From NCBI GenBank assembly GCA_041653515.1, contig JBAZFG010000004.1:6568-70567 (forward strand): a stretch of DNA of 64,000 nt, written 5' to 3'. A program made the position numbers and the translations under genes. Source of the DNA: Candidatus Nanoarchaeia archaeon (lineage in GTDB: Archaea; Nanobdellota; Nanobdellia; WJKC01). Below are positions 9,342 through 17,562 of this stretch, in pieces. The first letter of the stretch is position 1, and every line of letters begins with the position of its first letter. The notes under the pieces are model-generated. The model had not been told where the DNA came from. It worked only from the letters and a program-made list of their open reading frames with translations, and did not search any database.

Positions 9342-10688
9342 TTATTTATTTTCTTTAGTTAACCCTGCTGGTTTTTTTGTAACGCCCTGCTTTTTTTTAC
9401 GACGCTGGGGCTGATTAGTAGTTGAAGAGCGACGCTTAGTTTTAGTCATCTTATGTTTATGTAATGCGTAAGTCACGGGGTTATTTATCTTAGCGCACAA
9501 GCCATCAGGAGCGCAGACGCCAATATCCTTATAATTAGGGCTTTTACAATTAGGCGGCATTAAACCACCTTGCTTGCAGGACCAGTCTATCTGAGCTTTA
9601 ATATAACCAGTTCTTAATGGTGATTTATTAGTTTCATTCCATTTTATTAATAATGCTTCAATTAACTCCCAATCATAACCGCACTTGTAATAAAAATTGA
9701 TTAACATGAATAACGCTCGCTTGCGACCATCAGTTAAGCCAGTTAGAATATTATTAATACAAGGAGGAAAGCAATTAGTATTAACAGCAGTTTTAGGTAC
9801 TGTTTTATTAATCATTGACACTGGTTTTTTTTCAGATTGAATTTTATCATGCCAATCAAAGGCTTCCCTGAATAAACGGCTAGCGTCACAAGTTTGTTCA
9901 AGAAAACCTAACTCAAAAGTAATGTTTTCTGGTCGGGCTGACTCAGGGTTAAAGTCAAGCACTTCGCTTGGCTTGATTGGCTTGCTCACCAACCACTTCT
10001 TCTCATTAATACTGTAAGGCGCTCTGATTAAATGCCTTGATGAAATAGCAATTGGATCAATATTAACTACTTTGAATGGGTCAAACTCGTTATTAACTAA
10101 TAACGCACTAGTCTCGACACCCATCTTAACTGCTATATTATTAATTGAACCAGTTCTTAATAACTCATCTTTCAGGAAGTCTTTGATAACCCATTGAATG
10201 TAGGACCCAATCACTCTTAACGCATCAGGGAATAAATTTTTTACTAACTCACCTTTGATTCGTTCAGGATTACTAAAAGACAAACCAATATGAAATCCTG
10301 TGCCGCCGCTAAACTTAATGCTGACTTCTTTAATGTCAAGTATTTCAAGCGCGTCAATAATTAATTTAGCGCATAAGCGTGAGTAATCAATAATTGGGCA
10401 GTCAACGTCAAAAATTAAGTCCCAGCCGCTTCTTAATGAATCAAGTTCTTTGCGGTTCATATCAGCTGACAAGGCCATTGGGTTAGTCCAGTGTTCTTCA
10501 CTGCAATGAAAACTTGATGCTCCACGCCTAATAACATCAAGTAACTCGCCTTCAAAACGGAATGATTGCGGTCGCTCGCCAAAGTAATTGCCAAAACGAG
10601 GGACTACTTCCCTGCCGCGGGAAAACTTTAACATGAAGTTAATGAAGCCCTGCTGTGAATAATATTTGATTAATTCAGAAGTTCTCAT
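9342..10688 (-). CDS. priS: DNA primase, PriS catalytic subunit fused to a PriL C-terminal (Fe-S) like domain
   Basis: N-terminal AEP primase motifs DLIFDVDCP and SGGTGFHIGLSF. C-terminal ~150 aa contains CFPPCI (the PPC motif of PriL-CTD) plus clustered Cys (CKQGG, NCKSP, GVCAPDGLCAK) and a basic tail. Confidence 0.75.
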   Translation of the reverse strand: MRTSELIKYYSQQGFINFMLKFSRGREVVPRFGNYFGERPQSFRFEGELLDVIRRGASSFHCSEEHWTNPMALSADMNRKELDSLRSGWDLIFDVDCPIIDYSRLCAKLIIDALEILDIKEVSIKFSGGTGFHIGLSFSNPERIKGELVKNLFPDALRVIGSYIQWVIKDFLKDELLRTGSINNIAVKMGVETSALLVNNEFDPFKVVNIDPIAISSRHLIRAPYSINEKKWLVSKPIKPSEVLDFNPESARPENITFELGFLEQTCDASRLFREAFDWHDKIQSEKKPVSMINKTVPKTAVNTNCFPPCINNILTGLTDGRKRALFMLINFYYKCGYDWELIEALLIKWNETNKSPLRTGYIKAQIDWSCKQGGLMPPNCKSPNYKDIGVCAPDGLCAKINNPVTYALHKHKMTKTKRRSSTTNQPQRRKKKQGVTKKPAGLTKENK

Positions 10689-10723
10689 TAAAATAAATTA
10701 ATTAAGCAACAGCTTAATAAGTA

Positions 10724-11062
10724 TTGTTAATGAAACTAAAAGCCTTAACTAATGAATTACTTGAGTTATTGCCTGGCGCTGTTAAGGAATATCGCACGCC
10801 TGACGGCACGCGGATTGATGTTGCAGTGCCAGAAATAGGTTTGGCCATTGAATTAGAAAATACTTACAAATGGATTGACCGGCGAGTCTTGTTTAATGCA
10901 GTTAAAGCCCAGCGAGCTGGGTTCAAGGATTTAGTGATAATCTACCCGTTCAAGGATGACTGCATTAGGCGGTCATGGGTCATGAAGTATGTTAAGGAGT
11001 TAGGAATTAATTTAACAATAATCAAGCCTGATAAGATTAATAATTTAAAAAAGATAAAATAA
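10724..11062 (+). CDS. Hypothetical protein (possible nuclease-fold, weak)
   Basis: 112 aa. RIDVAVPEIGLAIELENTYKW is loosely reminiscent of PD-(D/E)xK or Hjc-type cores. No firm match. Confidence 0.35.
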   Translation: MLMKLKALTNELLELLPGAVKEYRTPDGTRIDVAVPEIGLAIELENTYKWIDRRVLFNAVKAQRAGFKDLVIIYPFKDDCIRRSWVMKYVKELGINLTIIKPDKINNLKKIK

Positions 11063-11075
11063 AAATTTAGTAATT

Positions 11076-11486
11076 TTAATTGTTGTCGTCTTCGCTTATC
11101 TGCCCTTCTAATTCCTCGGCTAAGACGGCTGCTTCCTGCCTGATTTTCTTGAGCGTGGCAATCAATCGTTTTTTCTCTTCGATTGATAAGCCAATCTTTA
11201 TGTAAGGCGCGGCTGCTTCCTTGAACTCACTAAGACCAAAGTAAGCGTAAGGCATCTTAGCCATTCGCTTGCTGATTTCAGTGGCAATATCACCCAGTAA
11301 TTTGTTTAATTCTTTCTTAACATCTGAGCGAATCATTGTCTTGCCAGTCTGAGCTTTAATTAATCTAACAACTGCAGCGTTAGGGAAAGGCAGTGAAGCG
11401 TCCTCTTCATCATCTTCGCTGTCAACAACGTCTTCTTCTTTGACTTCTTGTCCGTCAACAACTTCAATATCATCTTGTTTTGCCAT
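11076..11486 (-). CDS. Histone-fold-like protein with acidic N- and C-terminal tails
   Basis: Core SLPFPNAAVVRLIKAQTGKTMIRSDVKKELNKLLGDIATEISKRM resembles the alpha1-L1-alpha2 region of archaeal histone and NF-Y/NC2 folds. Flanked by D/E-rich tails. Confidence 0.4.
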   Translation of the reverse strand: MAKQDDIEVVDGQEVKEEDVVDSEDDEEDASLPFPNAAVVRLIKAQTGKTMIRSDVKKELNKLLGDIATEISKRMAKMPYAYFGLSEFKEAAAPYIKIGLSIEEKKRLIATLKKIRQEAAVLAEELEGQISEDDNN

Positions 11487-11570
11487 AAAAAAATTAATGA
11501 AACAATGCTTTAAAAAGGTTAGGGTAGGCTACTGCTAAATAAAAGTAAAGGCAACAAAATCAAGGAGAAA

Positions 11571-11599
11571 ATGCCTAAAAAACAGTTTTAGTTAGGCAT
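11571..11599 (-). terminator. Imperfect hairpin downstream of nrdG (ATGCCTAA...TTAGGCAT)
   Basis: atgcctaaaaaacagttttagttaggcat. 8-bp arms, located 14 nt past the nrdG stop. Confidence 0.25.
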
Positions 11600-11612
11600 C
11601 ATTAGGAAAGCT

Positions 11613-12308
11613 TTACACTCGTAAAACAACCTTCTTAAAGTAGGGCTTTAATAACTTGGCAAACTCTTTCAAATCAGCCTCAGAATAAGCCCGCTCATCC
11701 TTATACGACGGGTCAAGCACTTCACCATTACGGAATTGCTGCAACGAGTACAAATCAGAGCCATCTAACCACTCACCAATCTTAATAAAATCATCACGCG
11801 AGTGTAACCTTGGGAGAACAGTAGTCCTAAACTCATAAGGAACGCCACTAGACCGAATAAGGTTAATTGACTCCTGAATATCAGTCAAATTAACCCTAAC
11901 ACCAGCAGCCTCAGAGTAACGCTCAGGACTAGCCTTAATATCCATCGCAAGGTAATCAAGCAATTTAGCATCAATCAAACGCTTAAGGAGTTTCGGCAAC
12001 GAACCATTAGTATCAAGTTTAACTAACAAACCCTTAGCTTTAATCATTTTAATGAACTCATAAAGACCTGAAGAGAGCAATGGCTCACCACCAGTAATAC
12101 AAACACCCTCAAGCCAACCCTTACGCGAGTCAACAAAAGAAAAGAATTCATCCTCAGAAATAACAGGCAATGAACTAACACTATTAATTAATGAAGGATT
12201 ATGACAAAAAGGGCAACGGAAATCACAATTAGGCAGGAACACAGTACAAGCCACCTTTCCAGGATAATCAATTACAGTAGTTTTTTGCAGGCCAACAATA
12301 GAAATCAT
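11613..12308 (-). CDS. nrdG: Anaerobic ribonucleotide reductase activating protein (radical SAM)
   Basis: CDFRCPFCHN CxxxCxxC radical-SAM cluster. Start moved to the ATG at 12308 (MISIVGLQKTTVIDYPGKV), because the longer track ORF begins with a GTG inside the upstream gene. Confidence 0.85.
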   Translation of the reverse strand: MISIVGLQKTTVIDYPGKVACTVFLPNCDFRCPFCHNPSLINSVSSLPVISEDEFFSFVDSRKGWLEGVCITGGEPLLSSGLYEFIKMIKAKGLLVKLDTNGSLPKLLKRLIDAKLLDYLAMDIKASPERYSEAAGVRVNLTDIQESINLIRSSGVPYEFRTTVLPRLHSRDDFIKIGEWLDGSDLYSLQQFRNGEVLDPSYKDERAYSEADLKEFAKLLKPYFKKVVLRV

Positions 12309-12325
12309 AAAAAAAGAATAATTAA

Positions 12326-12478
12326 TCAGCAACTGCACTCTTCTTGAAGCGCTTTATGCTCACTGAAAGTCTTACGGTGCTTAAACTCCTCTTTTTTACC
12401 ATCATTCCAGTTATTAATCGGCCTAAAATAACCAACCACTCGGCTAAAAACCTCGCACTTAGAACCACACTCACTCAT
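12326..12478 (-). CDS. NrdD C-terminal glycyl-radical domain encoded as a separate 50-codon ORF
   Basis: Translation MSECGSKCEVFSRVVGYFRPINNWNDGKKEEFKHRKTFSEHKALQEECSC. RVVGYFRP...NDGKKEEFKHR matches the class III RNR Gly-radical signature (E. coli RVCGYLG...NAGKQEEVKRR). Own SD GGAGGTGA 8 nt upstream of the ATG. The frame is shifted relative to the end of the nrdD body ORF. An in-frame TAA lies 2 codons upstream. Confidence 0.6.
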   Translation of the reverse strand: MSECGSKCEVFSRVVGYFRPINNWNDGKKEEFKHRKTFSEHKALQEECSC

Positions 12479-14969
12479 CTTTTACATCACCTCCTTTTAA
12501 TGCTTTAACAGAAACCATAACAGCGTCAGCAATACTGCTTGACTGCTTATCAGACATTAACGGGCAAGTATGATGCTCACCGCGAATATAACCATGAATA
12601 GGGCAAATACTAAAAGTAGGCGTAATACTAAAGTAAGGCAATCGAGTGTTCTCAGCAATCTTACGCACAAGAGCTTTACAACTATCACCATCAGTCATGC
12701 GCTCACCAAGGAATGTATGAAACATTGTTCCACCAGTATACAATGGCTGAATATCATTCTGATGACTTAAAGCCTCAAATAAATCATCAGTAAAATCAAC
12801 AGGCAACTGAGTTGAGTTAGTCAAGAAAGGATAATCATTACCACTTAAATGAATATCAGGATGAAGTTTCCTATCAAGTCTTGCAAGCCGATAAGAAGCC
12901 CCCTCAGCAGGCGTTGCCTCAAGATTATACAAACTACCTGACTCCTGCTGATAACGCTTTAATAATTCACGCATGAAATTAAGCGTCTCAATAGCAAAAG
13001 CCTTACCCTCAGGCGTTGATATATCCTTGCCTAAGAAATTAATACAAGCCTCGTTCATACCACAAATACCAATAGTTGAGAAATGATTCCTAAATGAGCC
13101 AAGATAAACCTTAGTATAAGGCATTAAACCATTTTTGAGATTACGATTAATTACTTTACGCTTCATCTCCAAAGAATCGCGAGCTAAATTCATGAAATGC
13201 TGCAAACTCTCAAAGTACTTGCGCTTATTACCCTTAGCAATATAGGCCATTCGATTAATATTAATAGTCACCACCCCAATACTGCCAGTACTGTCACCAG
13301 CACCAAAACCACCACCAGGCCGATTCATTAATTCCTTTAAATTAAGGTTTAACCTGCAACACATAGCCCTAATACTCTTAGGGTCGAGATTACTCCCAAT
13401 ATAATTCTGGAAATAAGGAATGCCATATTTAGCTGTAACTTCAAACAATAAATTAGCCACAGGGCTATCCCAATCAAAGTTTTTAGTCAGATTATAAGTT
13501 GGTATCGGGAAAGTAAAAATTCTACCCTTAGCATCACCGTCACGCATCACTTCAAGGAAAGCAGTATTAATAATATCAACTTCAGGCTGACAATCACCAT
13601 AAGTAAAATCCATCTTCTTGCCGCCAACTATTGCAGGCTCATCTTTCATATCCTGAGGAACAATTAAGTCAAAAGTCAGGTTAGAGAAAGGCATTTGACT
13701 GCCCCAACGCGAAGGAATATTAAGATTAAAAATAAGCTTTTGCATATTTTGTTTAACTTGTTTAAAAGTCAGTTTATCAGTTTTAATAAATGGAGCTAAT
13801 AACGTATCAACACTGCTAAAAGCTTGGGCACCAGCAAACTCCATTTGTAGGCAACCAATAAAATTAACAATCTGACCAACAACAACATCCATATGCTTAG
13901 CAGGCACTGTATCAACTTTATTAGAAACACCACCAAAACCTATAGTCAATAAATTCTTCAATGACCAACCAGCACAATAACCAACCACACCACAACTAAG
14001 GTCATGCAAGTGGAAGAAACCATTATTATGCGCATCCCTAATTGGTTGAGAGTAAATCTCATTAAGAGTGTAATTAGCAATTACTTTACCAGCAGTATGA
14101 AGCATCAAGCCAGAAAAAGAGTAATCAGTATTACTGTTCTCCTTAACGCGCCAATCAACTTGGTCCAAGTAATCATTAATAGTGTTATTAACATCAACAA
14201 AGATAGATTTAGACTCCCTTAATCGCTTATGCTCAGCCCGATAAAGAATGTATGCTTTAGCAGTCTTTGCATGACTATTCTTAATAAGCACTTCCTCAAC
14301 AGCATCCTGAACAGCTTCAACCTCAGGGTTGCCGCCAGGGAACTTACGACTTAATAAATTAACAACTTCATCCCCTAAATGATCAGCCAGTGATTGGTCA
14401 GCACCACCAATAGACTCAGCAGCCTTAAAAATTGCCTTAACAATCTTAGCTTTATCAAAATCAACCAAGAAACCTGAACGCTTCTTAACCATTCTTGGTG
14501 GTTCACCAGCAGGAGTATTGAGTAATCTTAATTTCTCAATTTCATGCTCAAAAACATCAACATCCTCAAACATTAAGTGAACACTGGCGTAACGAAGATA
14601 AGCAATCTTATCAACACTACGCAAACCATCCATAATTAATGAACCAATAGTCTTAGTTAGAACCTCATTTTCATTAGATTGTTTAAAAGTTAACTCAATA
14701 TTATTAACAATAACATCAACTTGCTCTTCAGTAACCGAGCGCTTATCACAAGCTTTTAGTATGCTAAGCTTTAATTTATCTTTATCAAAAGATTCACGAC
14801 GACCATCACTCTTAATAACCACTAAATCAAAACTTTCAACCCGTTCATAAGTAGTAAAACGCTTACCACAAGAAGTGCACTCACGACGACGACGCGAAAC
14901 ATCAAAGTCAGAAGTATCCCTTTTATCCACCACTTTTGTTTCATTACTCGTGCAATATGGACATTTCAT
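12471..14969 (-). CDS. nrdD: Anaerobic ribonucleoside-triphosphate reductase catalytic body with N-terminal NrdR-like Zn-ribbon plus two ATP-cones. Lacks the Gly-radical tail in frame.
   Basis: Start set to ATG 14969 (MKCPYCTSNETKVVDKRDTSDF..RRRECTSCGKRFTTYERVE), which has GAGGGG SD 8 nt upstream. A second ATP-cone follows (GFLVDFDKAKIVKAIFKAAE). Class III RNR core follows. Ends ..ICPIHGYIRGEHHTCPL..KGGDVKDE* without the RVxGY motif. Confidence 0.85.
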   Translation of the reverse strand: MKCPYCTSNETKVVDKRDTSDFDVSRRRRECTSCGKRFTTYERVESFDLVVIKSDGRRESFDKDKLKLSILKACDKRSVTEEQVDVIVNNIELTFKQSNENEVLTKTIGSLIMDGLRSVDKIAYLRYASVHLMFEDVDVFEHEIEKLRLLNTPAGEPPRMVKKRSGFLVDFDKAKIVKAIFKAAESIGGADQSLADHLGDEVVNLLSRKFPGGNPEVEAVQDAVEEVLIKNSHAKTAKAYILYRAEHKRLRESKSIFVDVNNTINDYLDQVDWRVKENSNTDYSFSGLMLHTAGKVIANYTLNEIYSQPIRDAHNNGFFHLHDLSCGVVGYCAGWSLKNLLTIGFGGVSNKVDTVPAKHMDVVVGQIVNFIGCLQMEFAGAQAFSSVDTLLAPFIKTDKLTFKQVKQNMQKLIFNLNIPSRWGSQMPFSNLTFDLIVPQDMKDEPAIVGGKKMDFTYGDCQPEVDIINTAFLEVMRDGDAKGRIFTFPIPTYNLTKNFDWDSPVANLLFEVTAKYGIPYFQNYIGSNLDPKSIRAMCCRLNLNLKELMNRPGGGFGAGDSTGSIGVVTININRMAYIAKGNKRKYFESLQHFMNLARDSLEMKRKVINRNLKNGLMPYTKVYLGSFRNHFSTIGICGMNEACINFLGKDISTPEGKAFAIETLNFMRELLKRYQQESGSLYNLEATPAEGASYRLARLDRKLHPDIHLSGNDYPFLTNSTQLPVDFTDDLFEALSHQNDIQPLYTGGTMFHTFLGERMTDGDSCKALVRKIAENTRLPYFSITPTFSICPIHGYIRGEHHTCPLMSDKQSSSIADAVMVSVKALKGGDVKDE

Positions 14970-15125
14970 TATTAAACCCCTCAAACAAGCACATACTACC
15001 GGTAGTGTTTTTTTAAACAAATACCCACTACATCTTGTTAGTATCGCTAAAATAGTAATAAATCATTCTTGTATATAAACCTATTTAGGGACAAAGTTTT
15101 CTGTTGTCCATTAATATATTTTTTA

Positions 15126-15154
15126 GTAGTATAGAAAATAAATTTATATACTAC
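15126..15154. promoter_or_regulatory. Inverted repeat GTAGTATA-N13-TATACTAC in the nrdD upstream / 15169-gene downstream region
   Basis: 8-bp perfect arms at 15126-15133 and 15147-15154. Could be an operator or an AT-rich terminator hairpin for the gene ending at 15169. Confidence 0.25.
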
Positions 15155-15168
15155 AAGCCATACTTCAC

Positions 15169-15831
15169 CTAAATGCTTAATTGGGTAAATGTATCCATAT
15201 ATTTTTTACCATAAACGATTATAACAGCGTTCATTGAGGGTTCCTGCATCCAATAACCAAGGAATTTTGTCTTACTAATCGCTTTATTAGGCTGAGCTTT
15301 TTCAGGTCCAGTCTCATGATAATAAAAATTATTAACATCACAACCAGTTAGCACAACATATTTACCAAAACGCTTCTTAGTGCCAAGGATAACTATCGGC
15401 AAACAACCCTTGTTAATAAAACTCTCAATATCAACCAAGGATAATGATTTTTTCTCAATTAAATTCTTATTACTAACATAATCAAATGACTCACTCAAAG
15501 CCCCAAAATGAGTCTTATCAACATAAGAATTATTAAAAACACTAATAAAAGAATTATAATCAGAAAAAACACTCAAGTCACCAGCAGTAAACAATCGAAC
15601 AAACATGCCAACTTCATCAAAAGCCCTGACTACTTGCATAGGCCAAACCCATAATTCCCTTTCAGGACAAAGAAAAGCATTAATGAACTCCTGCGAGTAA
15701 AAATCCTTTGAAAAGTGCTTAATAACACTCTGCATTGCTGCATGAATACAATGCCACTCATCAGGATTCTTAAAGAATGGAACTGTGCCAATCATTAAAG
15801 AGATGACAAACACACCCCTTAAAAGGACCAT
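15169..15831 (-). CDS. Hypothetical protein, possible papain-like (C39-like) cysteine peptidase fold
   Basis: Candidate catalytic Cys in PDEWHCIHAAMQSV. Later KYVVLTG...YYHETG resembles the His-block region of C39-like peptidases. Weak. Confidence 0.3.
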   Translation of the reverse strand: MVLLRGVFVISLMIGTVPFFKNPDEWHCIHAAMQSVIKHFSKDFYSQEFINAFLCPERELWVWPMQVVRAFDEVGMFVRLFTAGDLSVFSDYNSFISVFNNSYVDKTHFGALSESFDYVSNKNLIEKKSLSLVDIESFINKGCLPIVILGTKKRFGKYVVLTGCDVNNFYYHETGPEKAQPNKAISKTKFLGYWMQEPSMNAVIIVYGKKYMDTFTQLSI

Positions 15832-15920
15832 TCAAAGAAAATGATTAGAAAAGAATATAAACTAATTAACAATAGTTAATTAATTATGATTTTACCACAA
15901 GAACTAGAAGTCTTCCCGAA

Positions 15921-15971
15921 CCGCAGGGGGGACACCCCCCTTCAGTTCATGGCATCTCCTGATTCCCCCCG
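15921..15971 (+). repeat. 51-bp GC-rich palindromic core element, copy 1 (CCGCAGGGGGGACACCCCCCTTCAGTTCATGGCATCTCCTGATTCCCCCCG)
   Basis: Identical to copies at 16022-16072 and 57921-57971. GGGGGG-ACA-CCCCCC hairpin plus a second CCCCCC tract. Confidence 0.9.
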
Positions 15972-16021
15972 AAAACGAGGCGACCAATGATTCTTCCACA
16001 AGAACTAGAAGTCTTCCCGAA

Positions 16022-16072
16022 CCGCAGGGGGGACACCCCCCTTCAGTTCATGGCATCTCCTGATTCCCCCCG
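16022..16072 (+). repeat. 51-bp GC-rich palindromic core element, copy 2
   Basis: Identical to 15921-15971. Confidence 0.9.
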
Positions 16073-16087
16073 AAAACGAGGCGACCA

Positions 16088-16441
16088 ATGATTCTTCCAC
16101 AAGAACTAGAAGTCTTCTATGTCATCCCCGCAATCAGGCGGGAACTAGCCCTATCCCTTAGCAAAAAAGGCTTTAAACAAAAAAAGATTGCCCAGATTTT
16201 CGGGGTCACTGAAGCCTGCATCAGCAATTACTTCAAATCAAAAAGAGCTAACGAAGTCAAATTCAACGTTAAAATAATCAAATTAATCAATGATTGTGCT
16301 GAAAAACTATCAAAAGGACAAACTTGTTTCATTAACGTTGTCCAAAAAGTTTGCAAAGAATTCAAGAATAGCGAGTGTTTATGCGCTCTTCACGAAAAAC
16401 TTGACGAGCACGTCTGTAAATGCAGGGGGTGCTTAGAATGA
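16088..16441 (+). CDS. HTH transcriptional regulator with C-terminal Cys cluster, upstream of iscSU (possible Fe-S responsive regulator)
   Basis: HTH-like KKIAQIFGVTEACISNYF. C-terminal CLCALHEKLDEHVCKCRGC. Stop overlaps the iscS ATG (ATGA). GAGG RBS 8 nt upstream of the ATG. Confidence 0.45.
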   Translation: MILPQELEVFYVIPAIRRELALSLSKKGFKQKKIAQIFGVTEACISNYFKSKRANEVKFNVKIIKLINDCAEKLSKGQTCFINVVQKVCKEFKNSECLCALHEKLDEHVCKCRGCLE

Positions 16442-17562
16442 ATAAAAAAATTTATTTTGATAACGGTGCAACAACAATGACTGACCCGTTAGTGGTTAAA
16501 GCAATGACGCCTTACTTCACTATTGACTACGGTAACCCATCAAGCCTTCATTCTTTTGGCACTAAAGCTCGTGAAGCTGTTGAATTAAGCCGAAAAGTAA
16601 TTGCAACTAAAATAAACGCTAAACCTCAAGAAATAATCTTTACTAGCGGCGGCACCGAAAGTGATAACTTAGCCATCAAAGGCATTGCTGGACTAAAAGG
16701 CAAGGGCCACATAATCACAAGCAATATTGAGCACCCAGCAGTTCTTAATACTTGTAAAAAACTAGAAACTAAAGGATTCAAAGTCACTTACTTAAAAGTT
16801 GATAATGAAGGCTTAATTAACCCAATTGAAGTTGAGAAAGCAATCAGACCAGACACAATATTAGTAACAATCATGCACGCTAATAATGAGATTGGCACTA
16901 TTCAACCAATCAAAGAAATTCACCAAATCTGCTTAAAAAACAAGATACCATTTCATACTGATGCAGTTCAATCATTTACCAAAACACCCTTATCAGCTTG
17001 TAATGCTGACTTAATTAGCTTATCAGCCCATAAGATTCATGGACCAAAAGGGGTTGGCGCATTATTCGTACGCGAAGGATTAAAACTTGAAAGACAAAAT
17101 GACGGTGGTAGTCACGAGCAAGGATTTAGAGCAGGCACTGAAAACACGCCAAGCATTGTCGGCTTTGCCAAAGCAGTTGAATTAACAAACAATGAAGGCT
17201 TAACTGAATTAAGGGATTATATCATTAATGAATTACTCAACATACCTAACTCAATACTTAATGGCTCAAAGAATAAACGCTTATGTAATAATATTAACAT
17301 AACATTCAAAGGAGTTGAAGGTGAGTCATTACTACTCCACCTTGACGCTAAAGGCATTGCAGTCAGCACTGGAAGCGCTTGTTCCAGCCACTCACTTAAG
17401 CCAAGCCACGTGCTAACAGCCATTGGATTAAAACCAGAAGAATCCCATGGCAGCATCAGGATAACTATTTCACGCTTCACAACCAAAGAAGAAATTGACT
17501 ACTTAATCAAATCACTAAAAGAGATTGTCAAAAACTTACGAGAGATGAGTCCATTAAAATGA
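16438..17562 (+). CDS. iscS: Cysteine desulfurase IscS/NifS
   Basis: PLP-lysine block SAHKIHGPKGVG and active-site GSACSS. Start set at ATG 16438 (MNKKIYFDNGATTM). Confidence 0.9.
   Translation: MNKKIYFDNGATTMTDPLVVKAMTPYFTIDYGNPSSLHSFGTKAREAVELSRKVIATKINAKPQEIIFTSGGTESDNLAIKGIAGLKGKGHIITSNIEHPAVLNTCKKLETKGFKVTYLKVDNEGLINPIEVEKAIRPDTILVTIMHANNEIGTIQPIKEIHQICLKNKIPFHTDAVQSFTKTPLSACNADLISLSAHKIHGPKGVGALFVREGLKLERQNDGGSHEQGFRAGTENTPSIVGFAKAVELTNNEGLTELRDYIINELLNIPNSILNGSKNKRLCNNINITFKGVEGESLLLHLDAKGIAVSTGSACSSHSLKPSHVLTAIGLKPEESHGSIRITISRFTTKEEIDYLIKSLKEIVKNLREMSPLK

Larger units (their letters stand above)
15886..16117 (+). repeat. 101-bp tandem repeat (2 full units plus the start of the live gene). 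Each unit is a 30-bp ghost gene start followed by a 71-bp GC-rich hairpin element.
   Basis: Units at 15886-15986 and 15987-16087. Third partial copy at 16088-16117 is the real CDS start. Unit = ATGATT(T/C)T(A/T)CCACAAGAACTAGAAGTCTTC + CCGAACCGCAGGGGGGACACCCCCCTTCAGTTCATGGCATCTCCTGATTCCCCCCGAAAACGAGGCGACCA. Confidence 0.9.

Noticed and set aside
12471-12478. Programmed +1 frameshift at GAG-TGA as the only explanation for the nrdD split
   Set aside because: Not excluded, but the SD is spaced for initiation (8 nt to ATG) rather than prfB-like frameshifting (3 nt), and a simple A-run indel is equally plausible. Kept as alternatives within the finding.
15886-15990. 34-codon ORFs (MILPQELEVFPNRRGDTPLQFMASPDSPRKRGDQ) reading through each GC-rich element as possible leader peptides
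   Set aside because: Coding potential is created automatically by duplication of the real gene start. The GC-rich part translates to low-complexity Pro/Arg/Gly. No independent support, so it is kept only as a note under the repeat finding.
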